Source: Lingula anatina
Lineage: Eukaryota > Animalia > Brachiopoda
NCBI GenBank assembly: GCA_051362555.1
Contig: CM120648.1
Coordinates: 13,450,587-13,514,586 of the forward strand
Direction of reading: 5' to 3'
Length of the DNA: 64,000 nt
A program made the position numbers and the translations under genes. Shown here piece by piece: positions 12,800 to 25,844 of the stretch. Under the pieces are notes generated by a model that worked only from the letters and a program-made list of their open reading frames with translations, was not told the origin of the DNA and did no database searches. Positions within the stretch are counted from its first letter, which is position 1; each line of letters opens with the position of its first letter.

Positions 12800-13500
12800 C
12801 CTGGGTGTTGGCTATTTAGTCAAGGGTAAACTGCCAGTTAAAGCGAAAGTGAAAGGTGGTATGTTGGTGGTATGTTGAGAGACTTTTTTTCTCTAAGCTG
12901 GCTGCTAATAGTGAAGCCTTTGTCAGCCATTACACTGTCTCCTTCTAGAAGGTCTAATATTCCACTTCCTGTGTGTCAGAGGTGCAGTGATCTGTGTCAG
13001 AGGTGCAGCTAGTAAACAAAGAAGAAATGAAGTTTGTCGAAAAATTTGGGGCAATACCATTGAGAGCTTTAAATGTATTATGGCTCTTGTAATTTGAGTA
13101 TGTTTTGCTACTTAAAAACAAGGGATGTGTTGGCCCCCAACACAAAATACAACAAGTTGGCCCAGGTTATAATCTTTCTTCTCACAGTGCTTAAATGGCA
13201 CTTGAATCAGTTGGCAAAATCTTGTTCATAGAGCCCAGCTTTTAATCTACACAAGAACATGAACAGTTCGTCAATTAGAAGCATATTACGTGGACGGCAC
13301 CTCAAACTTGGTCTTTCTGATGCTGCATAATAAGCACTCTGCATGTTGTCTGCTGCTGGTTTTACAAATTCAAACAATAATCTAAATGTAGAACAAGTAA
13401 AACCTGTATAAAATATCATAATGGTATCGTCTGAACCAAATCTTTCAACCCCAAATGTCTCCAAAGATAGCTGCTGTTTCAGATTGGTATTTTCCTCTTG
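12800..13500 (-). mobile_element. ISL2EU (PIF/Harbinger clade, DDE_Tnp_4) transposase fragment, decayed
   Basis: FYTGF...LFEFVKP, DELFMFLCRLKAGLYEQDFA (HTH_Tnp_4-like), TYSNYKSHNTFKAL.GIAPN...FISSLFT.CTSD and GDSVMADKGFTI. Confidence 0.85.
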
Positions 13501-13899
13501 TAAGCTTGTAAGAGGAAATTGAATCAGAAATATAAAGTATATATACATTAGGCAAGATATATATGACAAATATATATGGCCAGATCTTAACCATAAGTTT
13601 CTCCCTTTTTCTTTTCATTTTTTTCTTCATGAATACCCCTTTGTCCCTTCCATTTTGACAAAGAAAGGTCTTTGTCTAGGTTGAAAGAGGACAATGTTGC
13701 AATTTTATGAAAAAGAAACAAATAATGTGAAATTGATCAATGAATTGATATTCACATTGGAGTAATAAATATTAAATTAAAACATTTATTAATCTAAATT
13801 TTCTCTAAATGAAAAGTGATGATATGACTAAAAAGTAATTAAGTACATGTGTATATATATATAAGTTCCATAATCACTACACATCCATATTGATTATAG

Positions 13900-14310
13900 A
13901 ACAACAAATATACCTAAAAAAATTCTTCCAGTCCTTCATCGCTTTCAACCAATCGTTAGCTCTTTGTAACGGAATATGCTTCTTCCCATCTAAATATTTC
14001 AATTTGTCCATTTCTAGACACATTGAATTATTTTCTGTTCTAGCATCCTTTACATCAAACATCTGCTCATCCCTCATTTTTCTTAAAAGCCTCATTTCCT
14101 TCTCAAATACCTATAAATTAATAAATATGTACCTCACCAAACTAATTCACACTCAAAAGAAGCCCTTATTTAACCTCTTCAATTTAATCCTATCACCAAT
14201 TACACACCTGCAATTACAAATCACAAACATTTTTCTTTCCAGTAATTACTGTTTCTACAAACAAAATCTCTCTAACCTGATGAATTTCAACATAACTAAT
14301 ATCAACTAAT
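13900..14310 (-). mobile_element. Probable Tx1/L1-like non-LTR ORF2 C-terminal fragment
   Basis: FVICNCRCVIGDRIKLKR...FECEL.LV...FEKEMRLLRKMRDE. Homologous to 27570-27895. Family inferred from composition and motif spacing. Confidence 0.45.
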
Positions 14311-14539
14311 AAAAAACAGTCATACTGGCACCAAGTGTACTGGTTGAATCAGTGTGTTGTAAGAGATACTATAAATTTATACAGTCTTCAACAAACTTAT
14401 ATAAACCAAGGTCTTGGGCACTTCCTTTCTGCAGCTTCTGTCTGTATGAGTAGGTTTTCTTTGAGGACAGGTTCCTCCATGATCTACTGCATAAAAAACA
14501 TCGCAATTACAAATGCTTGTGCATAGGGGACATCGTAAA

Positions 14540-15300
14540 TTATATTTTCCCGTCGTCGACATTGGGCTGCGGTACAAGTTGGTGGTATGTCGAGATTTCC
14601 GTTGAAGTAAGCGTGTTCGAAGAGGGAGGGAGAAGCGACTTCATATCTACAGGCTCTTTAGCCCAGATTTTTTCCCTGAGGGTCTTGGGGACATGTTGGT
14701 CTAATAATGAATAGTAGCCCTTACCTTGAGAGCCCTGATCTTGAACCGAGCCGAGGAGGTGAGTGGTTAGCTGAAGCTGTGTTTGGTTAGAGGCAAGGTT
14801 ACCCATGTAATCCTGAGAGGACGTAAGACCGGGATTAGAGAAGGAGTAACCCGTGTTACCCTGTGACGACGAGGTAGGCTGACAAACTTGTGGTTGGACT
14901 GAATTACCCATGTAACCCGAGTTACCCATGTAACCCTGTGGGAATGGAGGGTGGGTTGGAGCAGAGAAACCCATGTTACCTTGTCACGACGTGGAAGGCT
15001 GGTCGTGAGATTGCAGATGCACGGAGTTACCCATGCAACCCTGCGCGGGAGGTAGCTAAGTCGGGGCAGAGTAACCCATGTTACTCGGCATTGACCTTAC
15101 TGCTTCTAGATTCACGGTGTGCGAGGATGCTCGGCCGTGTAGGGAAACCTGGCTCTGGATAGGGTTACCCATGTAACCCTGTGAGGTTAGTTGATTGCTA
15201 GATGGTGGGCTGTTCATGACACCATGAGGAGCTTGTTGCGAAGAAGTCGGGTTGCTGTTGATTGTGCGTACATCAGAGGTCAGTGGTCCGCTACTAGGAA
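14540..15300 (-). mobile_element. DIRS-type gag/ORF1 fragment with repeated QGYMGN motifs
   Basis: LDQHVPKTLREKIWAKEPVDMKSLLP resembles the conserved HVP..LKEKIW.GE.VD..SLL block of invertebrate DIRS ORF1. It is preceded by low-complexity S/Q/G-rich repeats (gttacccatgtaaccc units). Confidence 0.65.
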
Positions 15301-15309
15301 TCGAGTTAA

Positions 15310-15490
15310 GGCGTCGGCTCCCATCTTCTTCCTTCATAAGCCTGTTCTTTTTTTCTGTTACCATAATTTGCAAGAATTCTCTTCTTGGGTTGCCATAATC
15401 AATGGCCTCCTCACCATGAAAAGCCATGTATAGGGGATTGCGTAGATTTTCTACTGTCAGCAGTTGTTCAAGGCCATCCTCCCACACAGA
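15310..15490 (-). pseudogene. G2E3-like HECT domain fragment
   Basis: PLYMAFHGEEAIDYGNPRREFLQIM matches the HECT N-lobe motif F.GE.A.D.GGP.REF. Confidence 0.7.
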
Positions 15491-15534
15491 ATATCTGCTA
15501 ACAAATATTTCTGTGCGGTCATAACTTGGGGTGT

Positions 15535-15710
15535 CCTCTGTATCTATTTTTTTTTATGCCTGGGATGTGAGCAGCTCGGAAGTTAATATTCTCCGATAGG
15601 CAATTTAAAAAGTTTTCTAAGTAAGATCGTGATAGTATGGTCCTTGATGTACATTTGTTCAATATAAAGGTCAGGGCCTCATTGTCGGCATAGAACTTCT
15701 TTCTTCTGCT
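15535..15710 (-). mobile_element. DIRS-type RNase H fragment
   Basis: FYADNEALTFILNKCTS...CLSENINFRAAHIPGIKKN matches the DIRS RNase HI pattern F.CDN.A.V.I.NK.TS...NI.F.A.HIPG..N. Confidence 0.8.
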
Positions 15711-15719
15711 TAATACAAA

Positions 15720-17270
15720 TGAAACATGTCCCATAACAAAAGACAGACAACACCAAGTAAACATTTTATAAATCGACTTCTTTTTAATATAATCATAATA
15801 TCAACTTGTTATCTTGCAGTTCAAAATTTTTTAACATCAATTTTCTTTGTAAAAAAAACTTCATTAAAATACCTTATATGTATTATTTCTGTTATGTTAA
15901 AGGGATTCCCTTACCATAGTATGAAACATTTTCTTTTTAACACTGCCTTAAAAATTTGTTAAATTAATTTAAATTTAACTTTCCATGAATTTAAATTTCT
16001 GATTACAAATTTCCTATTTCATATTCATTAAAGTACAAAACTAAACTACATGCATCCAATATACCAGCCTATAAAACAAATTTTTATGAGATTAAAATCC
16101 AATACATTTCAAACTTAAGAACATAATATTCAAATTGACAATTCATCTTAACATAGAAAACATTTTTTATTTATCCATTCTTCCAAATTTCTTTTGTCAC
16201 AATTGCCTCACAAAAAAAAAATTTGTTATAATACAAAAAGTCCATATCTTCTCCCATTTTCTTGAAACTTATAACCTTTTTAATTTCCAAAAGGTGCCAA
16301 ATAATTAAACAAACTTGTAATTTAACCACTCCTTTTTCCTCTACATGCCATAAATAATCATTCCTAAGAAACGTCAACTTGAAGTAATTCCTACGTCACA
16401 TACCTCTACCTGCCATCACTTTCAAATATAACTTCCTCGCCTTTGTCTTTTCCACCTCAAATCATGGGTTTTAACCACCACATATTTCTTTGAAGAGACT
16501 TAACTCACTTACATACAAAAACTATCATTTGAACTAGTCCAACTCCTACCCTTTCAACTAAAATGAACATTTAACAAAAAATTACACCAAAAATTTACCA
16601 TTAAAAAGATATACCATTAATGAATACTATCCCTCTTCCCTAAATAATACAAGAAATTAAATTAAATAAATAGAATAAGAAAAAAAACTTTCTATGATAA
16701 AAAAGTTCACCGTAAATAGTACCTGTCCCTCATATAATATAGTAAATTTAAACATTGTTTCCTGCTTATGGAATTTTGTATTTTATCTAAGCTTTCAATT
16801 AACATTTCTCAGGATTTTGAATACAAGGCTTCACATCCCCAATTATTAAAAAAAATGCACCCAAACAGGTACATCTTCTGTGCGGTAACAACCAAACACC
16901 TTTTCTCCAAGCTGCATCTTTACACATTATTTTGCTATACTTACTTCTGCCTCATTTTCTCCTAGCATTCCAAGGTAGTCTAAACAGTATTTTTTTTTTT
17001 TTTTCAAAAAGAATAACAGATCTAAACATTTTTTTTCCTTGAAAAGTTAGTTTTCATTGCCCCTAAATTTCTAATTGCAATCTCTGCAGCACAATCTGAG
17101 TCTCTCATCTTTCCATATCTTAGACAAATGTTCTAAAACAAATGAGTCAACAGGTTTAGAACCTTCAAACTCTAACATTTTAACAGACTCTTCATAATAA
17201 TCATGTGGGGTCTCAACCCAATCATTTTCCTCCTCCATCAAGATGGCATAAATATTTTGGCTTTCCATAC
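15720..17270 (-). mobile_element. Highly decayed AT-rich non-LTR (Tx1/L1-like) ORF2 remnants
   Basis: KARKLYLKVMAGRGM at ~16395-16445 resembles the post-RT LYLP...GG.G motif. The minus strand is purine-rich with broken frames. Confidence 0.4.
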
Positions 17271-17684
17271 CTGAACTTCTTTCGCCTGTGAAACTTAACT
17301 GAAATCTTGTGTCTCTACACAGCTTTTCAACTGCACACTCAAGAGCAACAAGAGATCTCCTTGGTCATGACCCTTTTATTAGTTCGTTTCATCTACTGGT
17401 ACATACCTATCATAAAATGGAAAAACTGTGTAGAGAGCAAATGTTATGTGTCCGCCTAGAAGTCCAGCTGATTGCACACTGAAGTCCAATAAGCCTGTGC
17501 TATCTCATGTGCTTCCGTAATGAACTTGATCGTGATGAAGTAGAATACTGCTGAGAAGCACATAAAAAGTCATCCTCAAGAAGGCTGACATCCCCACCTG
17601 TCCCCATCTGTCGTAGACCTGCCTACAAAGAAAATGTATTGGAAATTTAGACAATTTTGGTCTTGTATGGTGGCGGATCTCTGA

Positions 17685-18050
17685 TCAATATGTGAACATT
17701 TTCAGCCTACCCCTTTTAAAACACTTGCTGAGATTTTCCCTCATAGCCCTATGCTTCCAAATGAAGTCCCCAGGTCTTGTTCCAAAGCATAGAGCCGATG
17801 CATTAGCAGCTTCAAAAATACCACAGTCATTTCCGCCAGTTTGCTCCTGAACGTCTATATGCTCCATAATAATTTCCTTGGATGGAGCAAAAAGCAATAA
17901 GGCAACGATCTTGGCAATCTTTATACTAAGTCTAGGACTATGTCTGGAATCATAAACTTGAACACAATTGCTAATATTTATGTTATTTATGTTGGAAAGA
18001 GTAAGCCAAAGGAAGTTAAGATTAACTATCTGCACAAATGATGAAGTGGG
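17685..18050 (-). mobile_element. Ulp1/C48-like cysteine protease fragment (Ginger1-associated)
   Basis: W..LSN...VQVYDS...VQEQTGGNDCGIFEAANASALCFG...MRENLSKCF; the catalytic Q-x-Q..G.DCG.F motif is present. Confidence 0.75.
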
Positions 18051-18284
18051 GGATAGAAAAGAAATTACCACTTATAACAAACTCTTTGTCATCGTGCCTT
18101 GATTTGAAGAAAGCTCTGGTCTTAGTCTACTCAAATCATTTTTTGGAACCCATGTAAGACAGTGACAAGCTAACAAGGACAATGTCCTTGCATAATGCAT
18201 CTGTATGCATACTAATTACCTTGCTGGCACCCGAGTCTCCCTGTTGAACGTCGGGGGGGAAAAAAAAAGAAGAGGAACCAGTGG

Positions 18285-18478
18285 CTCAATGTGGTGCTGT
18301 ACGATATGCAAAGGTCACTAGCTCTAGATATCTTTCCCAGTCATTCTGCCTCTCATTTGTGACTTTTGACAGTGATGCCTTGAGTGTTTGGTTAAACCGC
18401 TCATCTAAGCCATTTGTATGTGGGTGGTATGCAGCTGTGATCTTATGCTTGATACCCCACTCTTTCAGAAGGTAATCT
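18285..18478 (-). mobile_element. Gypsy-like/Ginger1 integrase core fragment
   Basis: WGIKHKITAAYHPHTNGLDERFNQTLK..L.K......DWERYL..VTFAYRT, preceded by an intron-like acceptor (tttttctgttgctgatag). Confidence 0.88.
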
Positions 18479-18602
18479 ATCAGCAACAGAAAAATATTGG
18501 ATGTAAAAATGGGTAAATAAGTATTTGGACAATTAAATTTTTACATTGGGAGATGTTAAGCTTATCTTTCCAAATATCTGCCTCTATTGATTCAAAGAGC
18601 AA

Positions 18603-18787
18603 GGCTGCGTTCACATGAAAAATCTATTATCTAAAAATCTATTTGTGTTATCTTGTGATCACGGTTTGTGCCCTGAATACCCCGCAGCGTAATTACTGGC
18701 AGCGCCAAGAATTAATTATAGCTTCAGAAGTAACTGGCTCACACTGCCCATAATTACGCCGTGGGGTATTCAGGGCTCAGATCGTGA
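18603..18787. mobile_element. Older truncated copy of the palindromic Harbinger MITE at 35189-35445
   Basis: ggctgcgttcacatg...tgtgccctgaatac..cgtaattactggcagcg...aattacg..gtattcaggg. Confidence 0.8.
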
Positions 18788-18916
18788 GTTTTTTGTTTTG
18801 CTTTCCATATTTTCTCACAATGTCATCAATGGGGCCATGTGCTCCTTGCAGATCTGCTTGCTCTGCCTTTGCTGCTAGTACATGCCCTGCCGTTTCCCAG
18901 TGGTATTTTATACTCA

Positions 18917-20353
18917 TTTTTATGTACAGACACAGATGTGTCTGTACATTTTGCCATCACCTGCGTCTGTCGTCGCCGTCCCTGTCGCCGTCGCCATCGC
19001 CGTGCACTTTCATCGTTAACACGATAAGTGGAAGACAGTTTTACTTTTTGGCTGTATATTTACAGAGCTGTTGAATATTCATAAAACACAGGTCAATTTC
19101 GAAAATCAGCATGTTTAGGCCATTATTGTAGAAGTTATGCTGTTTTTTTCACTTTTCAGCATATATGCAACACTGTAAACACATTTCAAGGAAAACCAAT
19201 AAGCCTGTTGTCATGAAACTCACAGGAGTAATCGATCTTACTATAACACAGGTCAAGTCGTGTATTGTATAATAAAGTTTCAAAAATGGAAATAAACTCA
19301 TATCATTGCAGTTTGTCATATTCAATCATTCACTATGTTCAGAATCTCAGAATGGAAGAAATTGGACATTTAATACTGCTCTATTAATATTTTTCCCATC
19401 TCATCAATTTTCTTAGTTGATCATATAAAAACGGTAGTAAACTGTTAATTTTGTTTTATGTTAGAAATTGTTAAAACTGGGAAAAAAACATTTCAGAACA
19501 TTGCTGTCTTGTTTACATTTTGGCATTTTCAAGTTGTGACTTTGAAGTTCCATGGGCCTGAAGACCTTTGCTAGTCACATTTTCTGAATATCCATAATAC
19601 TAATATTTTATTATTAAAATTGATGGTCATTTTGCTGTGAAACATTATGTAATATTGCATCAAAATTTGAAAAAAAAAACTATTTTGGGCACTGTTCCCA
19701 TGATGAACATTTAAGGAAAAACATGTCACTTACTGTTCTCAAACTTACAGGAAAGAAACATGGGACTAAAATACAGCTCCAGTAGGCAATGCAGTATGTT
19801 TGGTAATTCTTACTGCCAGTTAAACGTTTTTTCTTTGTTTTTGTGAAAATTTAATCTTTCACATATTTTCAAGGTGTGACTGTGAAGTTCCACGGGCTTG
19901 AAGACCCATGCTAGTCACATTTTCTGAAAATCCATGATACGTATATTTTATTATTAAAAATTGACCGTCATTATGCTGTTAACCATTATGTAATATGGCA
20001 TCAGAAAAGAAGAAAACACAATTTTGGGTGCTGCTGCCATGATGACCATTATGGGAAAACCATGTTACTTATGATTGCCAAACTTTCAAAAAAGAAAAAC
20101 AGGACTAAAATGCAGCCTGAGTTGGAAAAGCAGTCTAATTGGCTTCTTTTTCTGGAAGTTATACATTTTCAAAGTGTGAACTTATTACTTATTTTACTTA
20201 CATTGGTATTACCTGTTGAGCATAATTAAAATTTGATGTTGAATTTGCAGTTTAACATAATGTACTTTTGCATCAGAATCCACAGTAGCCTATTTTGTGC
20301 ATAGTTATTTCCTGCTTTTTGTCTGTACATTTGACAGCTTTGCTGCCTTGTTT
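18917..20353 (+). mobile_element. Helentron-associated interspersed element (HINE/DINE-1-like) with internal ~340-bp tandem repeats
   Basis: 5' hairpin atgtacagacac-agat-gtgtctgtacat (18922-18949), (GTCGCC)n microsatellite, repeat units starting at ~19524, ~19864 and ~20164, and a 3' subterminal repeat tgtctgtacattt plus short palindrome gacagctttgctgcc. Confidence 0.7.
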
Positions 20354-20824
20354 AAATAATTAATTAACTTGATTTGATATGTTTGCAACAGGAAATGGTT
20401 ACAATCATAGCAGCAGCTCTATCACTGGCAAAAGTGAAGAGGTCTTTTAGGTTAATGCAGTGTTTCAAGAAAGTGTTCTATACTCACCTTGTTTCAGTTT
20501 GATGTACTTGAATGTTTTAACATTGCAACTCTCCCACCACTAGTTGACCAGCAGGGTTGATGACCACTGCACTGGGAGCCCATTTGCAATGGGGACCATA
20601 TCAAGGAAGTTTGTCTTAACTTTTCCTTTACTATCTGTATACCTAAGATGCAAGTGTTATAGTTTTTGATAATCAAGACAATTCTTCATTAGATTTTCAT
20701 GAAAGGCAGTCAGATTTCATTTTTATAATAAGTTGATAATATTTTGATCACAAGGGCTTATTCAAGTTATTTTAAACAGTTTTATCTTCACGGCATAAAC
20801 AGCATTATCAAGTCATTTTTCATA

Positions 20825-21010
20825 ATTACATGACACTATGCCCAACTCCTGTGTGATTCTGATGTCTGTGGCCTCATCAACCATCACACTCCATGCTGGT
20901 GTGCCCCTTAGCTCTGTTACCAGGGGTTGTAAAAGGGACTTGTCTATCAACTCGACCATTTCATCAATAATTTTGCAGCTGCAGTAATTGGTATTACTAC
21001 CCACCTTTAA
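20825..21010 (-). mobile_element. hAT (ZNF862-like) transposase fragment
   Basis: NTNYCS.KIIDEMVELI......RGTPAWSVMVDEATDI...QELGI contains the first catalytic Asp block, S.M.DE.TD. Confidence 0.8.
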
Positions 21011-21149
21011 AAAATTGCTGTACTGATAATTAATAAAAATTATGAATTTATGAAATGATTAAATATGTTGAATATACATCTGAAAATGTTTATTTTTTCC
21101 CAAAACTTGTATTGAAATTACCTTGCTTCAAAATAGGTACACCCACAAG

Positions 21150-21349
21150 TCAGTATTTCTTACCATGTTGATGTATTTCTCTTGTAATTCGGCTGCAATA
21201 AATCCTGCCTTTACCATATTAGCTGATTTTCTGTCTGTCATCCTCTTATCAAGTGTATGGACTGTGAGGATCTTTTTGGTGTAGTTTTCCATGAGTGTGT
21301 ATGTGCAATACTGTGCACTATGTCCAGGTGTGTCATTTCATCTATCACC
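21150..21349 (-). mobile_element. Kolobok transposase exon fragment (copy B')
   Basis: GD..NDTPGHSAQYCTYTLME..TKKILTVHTLDKRMTDRKSANMVKAGFIAA. Confidence 0.85.
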
Positions 21350-22949
21350 TATAAAACAAAGATTATTGTTATACCTGAAAGGCTGTAATGGAACCGTCCT
21401 GACCTTCTTTTCTGGTAAGTTCCATCTACAGAAGCAGATATTGTGTTAAACTTGACCCCCAACTCTCCCACCACTAGTTGACCAGCAGGGTTGATGACCA
21501 CTGCACTGGGAGCCCAATTTAAGATTGTTTAAAAACAATGCATTTATCACTGAATAATTACAGTTTTCTTAATCAACAAATGCTTCATTGCTTGTAGATG
21601 GTAGGAATCGGGCATTGCAGCATGGCAGTCACCTGTAATGAAAAGCATTCTGAACTTAATTCTACATATATTGTATGGGGCTTAAATTATTCCATGTTAT
21701 CAGTTAGTTTATTTATAGGTTATAAATAGTACCCTACTGTAACATATATATATATGTACATGCCTGGTGTAACACACGTAGTGCTAAGAAAGGAATATAG
21801 AGTCTTGTTGGGGTGATATATGTTGTTATTCTTCTCTTTTGTCTATACCAGTTGTAAAATACTCGTCAACGATGGCGGTTTTAACTGAAATAAAAAATTT
21901 AATTAATAAATAAATAAAATACTTAACTACTTTAATACAATAATTACAAAGGGAATAATCTAGAATGCTGTAATTGAGAAATCTGCAATAGCACAATATG
22001 GCACAATTTAGGCACCCAACATCTTTGAGACAACTAGCACAATTTGTGCAACATGAGACAGCAGAGAAAGCATGAGGTGCATTATTCCTTCAGAATATCT
22101 AACTGAGCATTAAACATGTTTTACTATAAAAATTCTACCACATAAGACAAGGTGTGTCATAAAAACCATTAAATTTCACAGCAAAGAACTAGTACAGTGT
22201 AGATAAATCAATTAAAATCAATGTGGGTCAAACTGCTTCTCAGTAAGCATTAAACTCAAAAACAAGCCAAAAACAACAATTCGCTTAACTAAGCGCATCT
22301 AAATTTCTCTCTAGTTACAAGAAATGACATTAAAAACAATTTTACTCACATTCCTGGTTGGACAGGGTTCTCAAAGGTTTACACCTGGTTTAAAAACTTC
22401 TGGGATTATGAAAACACGTTTTATTCCTCTCAAGAACAGACAAAGGAATGTGTTATGCTAGGAAATTTAAGCCCCCTCCAGGAATGTCATTCAAAGACAA
22501 TCAAGGGAAACTATTTTCTAGTTAATTCTTTCTGTCAGCTATAGGGGTCAGCACCTTGCAACCTACTTTGATTCAGCTAGCTAAATTTTGCCAGGTGTTA
22601 CACCTGGTATTGTAACTTTTTATTCAACATATAAAAATACCTCTTTTTGTAACTTTTTCCTAGAGTGCATGTTCTGTTGACTCTCAGGCAAGCTGTTCTA
22701 TGGTTGAGCCAACCTCTTCACTTCTGTGTTGAATGAAGTTGTATAAGATGGTTGGCAAGTTGACTGTTGATACAAAGTTATTAATCTCTGTGCCACCAAC
22801 CGATACATGTCTAATGTGCCGATGCGCAACTTAACCGCACGATCGGCAGAGGTATGCTTACCTGAAGTTAGGTGATGTGATTCTGTTGCTAGACAGCTAG
22901 CGTAGAGAAACAAGCTGGGCATGTGCAGGTGCTGTTTCCTCTTCCATTA

Positions 22950-23630
22950 CTACACCTAGCTATCCCATTATGAGCATCATTGACAGCCTCTACAATGTTG
23001 ATGTCTTTATCTTGTAATTCCGTCATGGCAGCAATGAATCCAGCCTTTTCCATATTAGCTGATTTTCTGTCTGTCATTCTCTTATCAAGTGTATGGACTG
23101 TGAGGATCTTTTAGGAGACATTGTCCATGAGCGTGTGGGTACAGTATTGTGTCATTTCTGCCATCACCTAAAAAACCAAGGATTAAAATTAAGTTAGTAC
23201 ATTAAAAAACTGTTTTAATGTTTATAAAAAACTGAATAACAATTTTTCAGTTGTACAAAAACAATCTTATTATTATAAGTCATAATTATGTAGAAAATGT
23301 AAACTAAAATGAACCTCAGTCTTTGCTTATTTATGTTTATACAAGAAATGCATTGCCTGAACTCATTAAAAATGACATACTAATTTGACACAGCCAATGT
23401 TAACAGAACATTTGTTTTTGCTACCATGCATATGAAAATCTTTGCCTACCTAAAACAACATCTTTTTCTCTCATTTCACCCAGCACCTGTCTCTGGTGTT
23501 CCTCCCAATACTTGTCAATAGTGGGTATTATGTAAGTCCTACAGATCTCCATGAATTGGTCAGCTGACGGGAATTTTACATTTACCATGTCTGCCCACAA
23601 AGACACCTTGTTATAGTTGTTTCTATAGTC
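22950..23630 (-). mobile_element. Kolobok transposase fragment: two exons with the intron retained
   Basis: NNYNKVSLWADMVNVKFPS...YIIPTIDKYWEEHQ..VLGEMREKDVVL, then gtaggc...ttttttag, then GDG...QYCT.TLMDNVS.KILTVHTLDKRMTDRKSANMEKAGF..AM.EL..KDI..VEAVNDAH.GI. Confidence 0.85.
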
Positions 23631-24211
23631 AGTATAGCTGCTGACATCAAAAAGTCTCCACTGTGAAGTCTGCAGTGAGATTGTCGTCTTCACTTTGTGT
23701 CCTGTCATTGTCTTTGGCTGATTCAGACTCTGCCCTATCAAGGAATGGTTGCACTCAAAGACTCAAAAAAACCATACTACAATTTTTTTGCAATTAGTCC
23801 CGGGTTAAACCATTTTTTTCTTAGACTAGTACCCTGATGCTAGTTTCAGGTGCTACCCAGCCACGCCCTCAATCTCAGAATCATTACTAACACTATGCCT
23901 CAGGTGTTTTGAGGCTTCTGCCCTTTTCCAGATGGTACATACATGTTCTGTTATCTGAGAACCCTTGTATTCCAACTTTATTGGTGACATCTAGCAATGG
24001 CTCTCTACGGTTGACCATGTCTTCCAGAACTTGATCATTATTAAATGTGCATCAAAGGGTGTTTGTATAATCTTGTGAAGCTTTATGTACTGCCAGAAAG
24101 AGATTTCAATAGTTGTTGGTAGTTGAAGTAACGAATTAGGATTAGCATGATTTTGTGTGACTGCAGTTACATCTCCCCACTCAGTGGTAACTTTGGGCCA
24201 CAATGACTTAA

Positions 24212-24548
24212 AGGGATAATAACTCTTCGTATGAAATCTACATTTCACAATACAAACATTGTGAATAACTCATAGAAATATAATATATTCTGTTTTACCA
24301 CAAAAAAGGCAGTTATAGCTATTATTCTGATATCTGAGCTTGTCTTTAGACCACGTGACCTCCACTGATGGCTATACTCTGTTAAAATCTCTTAAGAGAT
24401 TTTAACAAAAAACCAAACTTTTTAGAAAAAAACCAGGGACTAACTTTGAATGTAAAAATGGATTCATTAACCATTGGTAAGTATGGGAAAATTGTTGTTT
24501 ACTCCAGGAAAATTAATTTTTTGGCCGAAACGAAGAGTTATTATCCCT
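24212..24548. mobile_element. Kolobok-type MITE, copy 2 (perfect TIRs)
   Basis: TTAA|AGGGATAATAACTCTTCGT ... ACGAAGAGTTATTATCCCT|TTAA. Confidence 0.9.
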
Positions 24549-25844
24549 TTAATAATGATCAAATTCGTACTACAAGTCTACCTCCCATGCTGATTTCTTT
24601 TGGACATGATTTTACCTTGGATAGAGGGAGTAGGAGACTTCCCTTGGTACTTGAAATTTCTAGGGCCAAGCAATTTTGCTTGTGATGCCTTTTAAATAGG
24701 ACAAACATACCCATTATAATAAAGAATAAAAGAATTACTGAAAAGTATACTGTTGGCATCAACTCATGTGTTAGTACATTATACACCTCAGTTTCAAGGC
24801 TAGTTGGTGAGCTGGTGGTTGTACTACTTTGGTAAATGAAGACTGGAGCTGGGTTAGCTTTAACATGATTGCTGTGCTTAAAATTTTGATTTTATATGCC
24901 AAAGTGCAGAACATAAGATTCCCAAACAAGCAAGAGCCAAAGCAATATAACCTATTACATCATCTAAGGATATCCCACCATCCGGGGGGAGTTCTAAGTC
25001 AAAGAGTAGTAAAAGTAAAAGAAATTTAATCTTACCCCTAGTCTCCATCCCACCTTCCAGGCCATCAAGGGCTGGAATTCCAACATACATGTTTACGATG
25101 CTCTTCTTGGTTGGACTGAGTCCCTGGGGTGGTGGACCACCTCCAGTAAGGTTTCTGAACTTGTAATGTTGTGGTAATAGATACAAGAAAATTAAGTTTT
25201 AAGATCGTACTTGAGTGATACAACACTTGGGTTGCTCTATTGTTCTTCGTTGAGAGTGCTCCATGAAGATTTAAGGGAGTATTCCAGGCAGTGATACGTT
25301 AATTTTGCGGGTGATTTATAGTCTCTTAAATCATTGTCCCTTGGGTCATGAACCATACACTTCTCATATTGATTTTTTAAGTAAGGCCTATGTCTCTAGT
25401 GTCCAAATGTGTGTGATAGCTTTATCAGCCTGGTAGCTTTTTCTGTGCTATCACACATGTAACAACACCCCTCCAGCAGCTAGTGAACACAAAAGTTTCC
25501 AATAAACTTCTGTTGAATCACAAAATTGAATTAGGAGTTATAATTCCTACAAATTAGATAAAAAATAAAGCTGTTAGCAAGATTTTAGGTTATTTTGGAT
25601 CATCATTAGGGAAACTGTGGGCTAGGATGTGCAAGCAGAGTGAAAATAAGCAATTTTTTCAAACATGGGGGTAGGGATAAAAAAGAATGCTCGTAAATTT
25701 AGTTTAACACACAATATACCCATTTAAATTGAGTAAAAGACGAGTTGGATGTAATAATGTAACTAGACTATGATTAGCATGAAACTATCAATCATGGTTC
25801 ACTTAACAAAGGTCACAAGGTCAAAATAATGCATTATTTCTACA

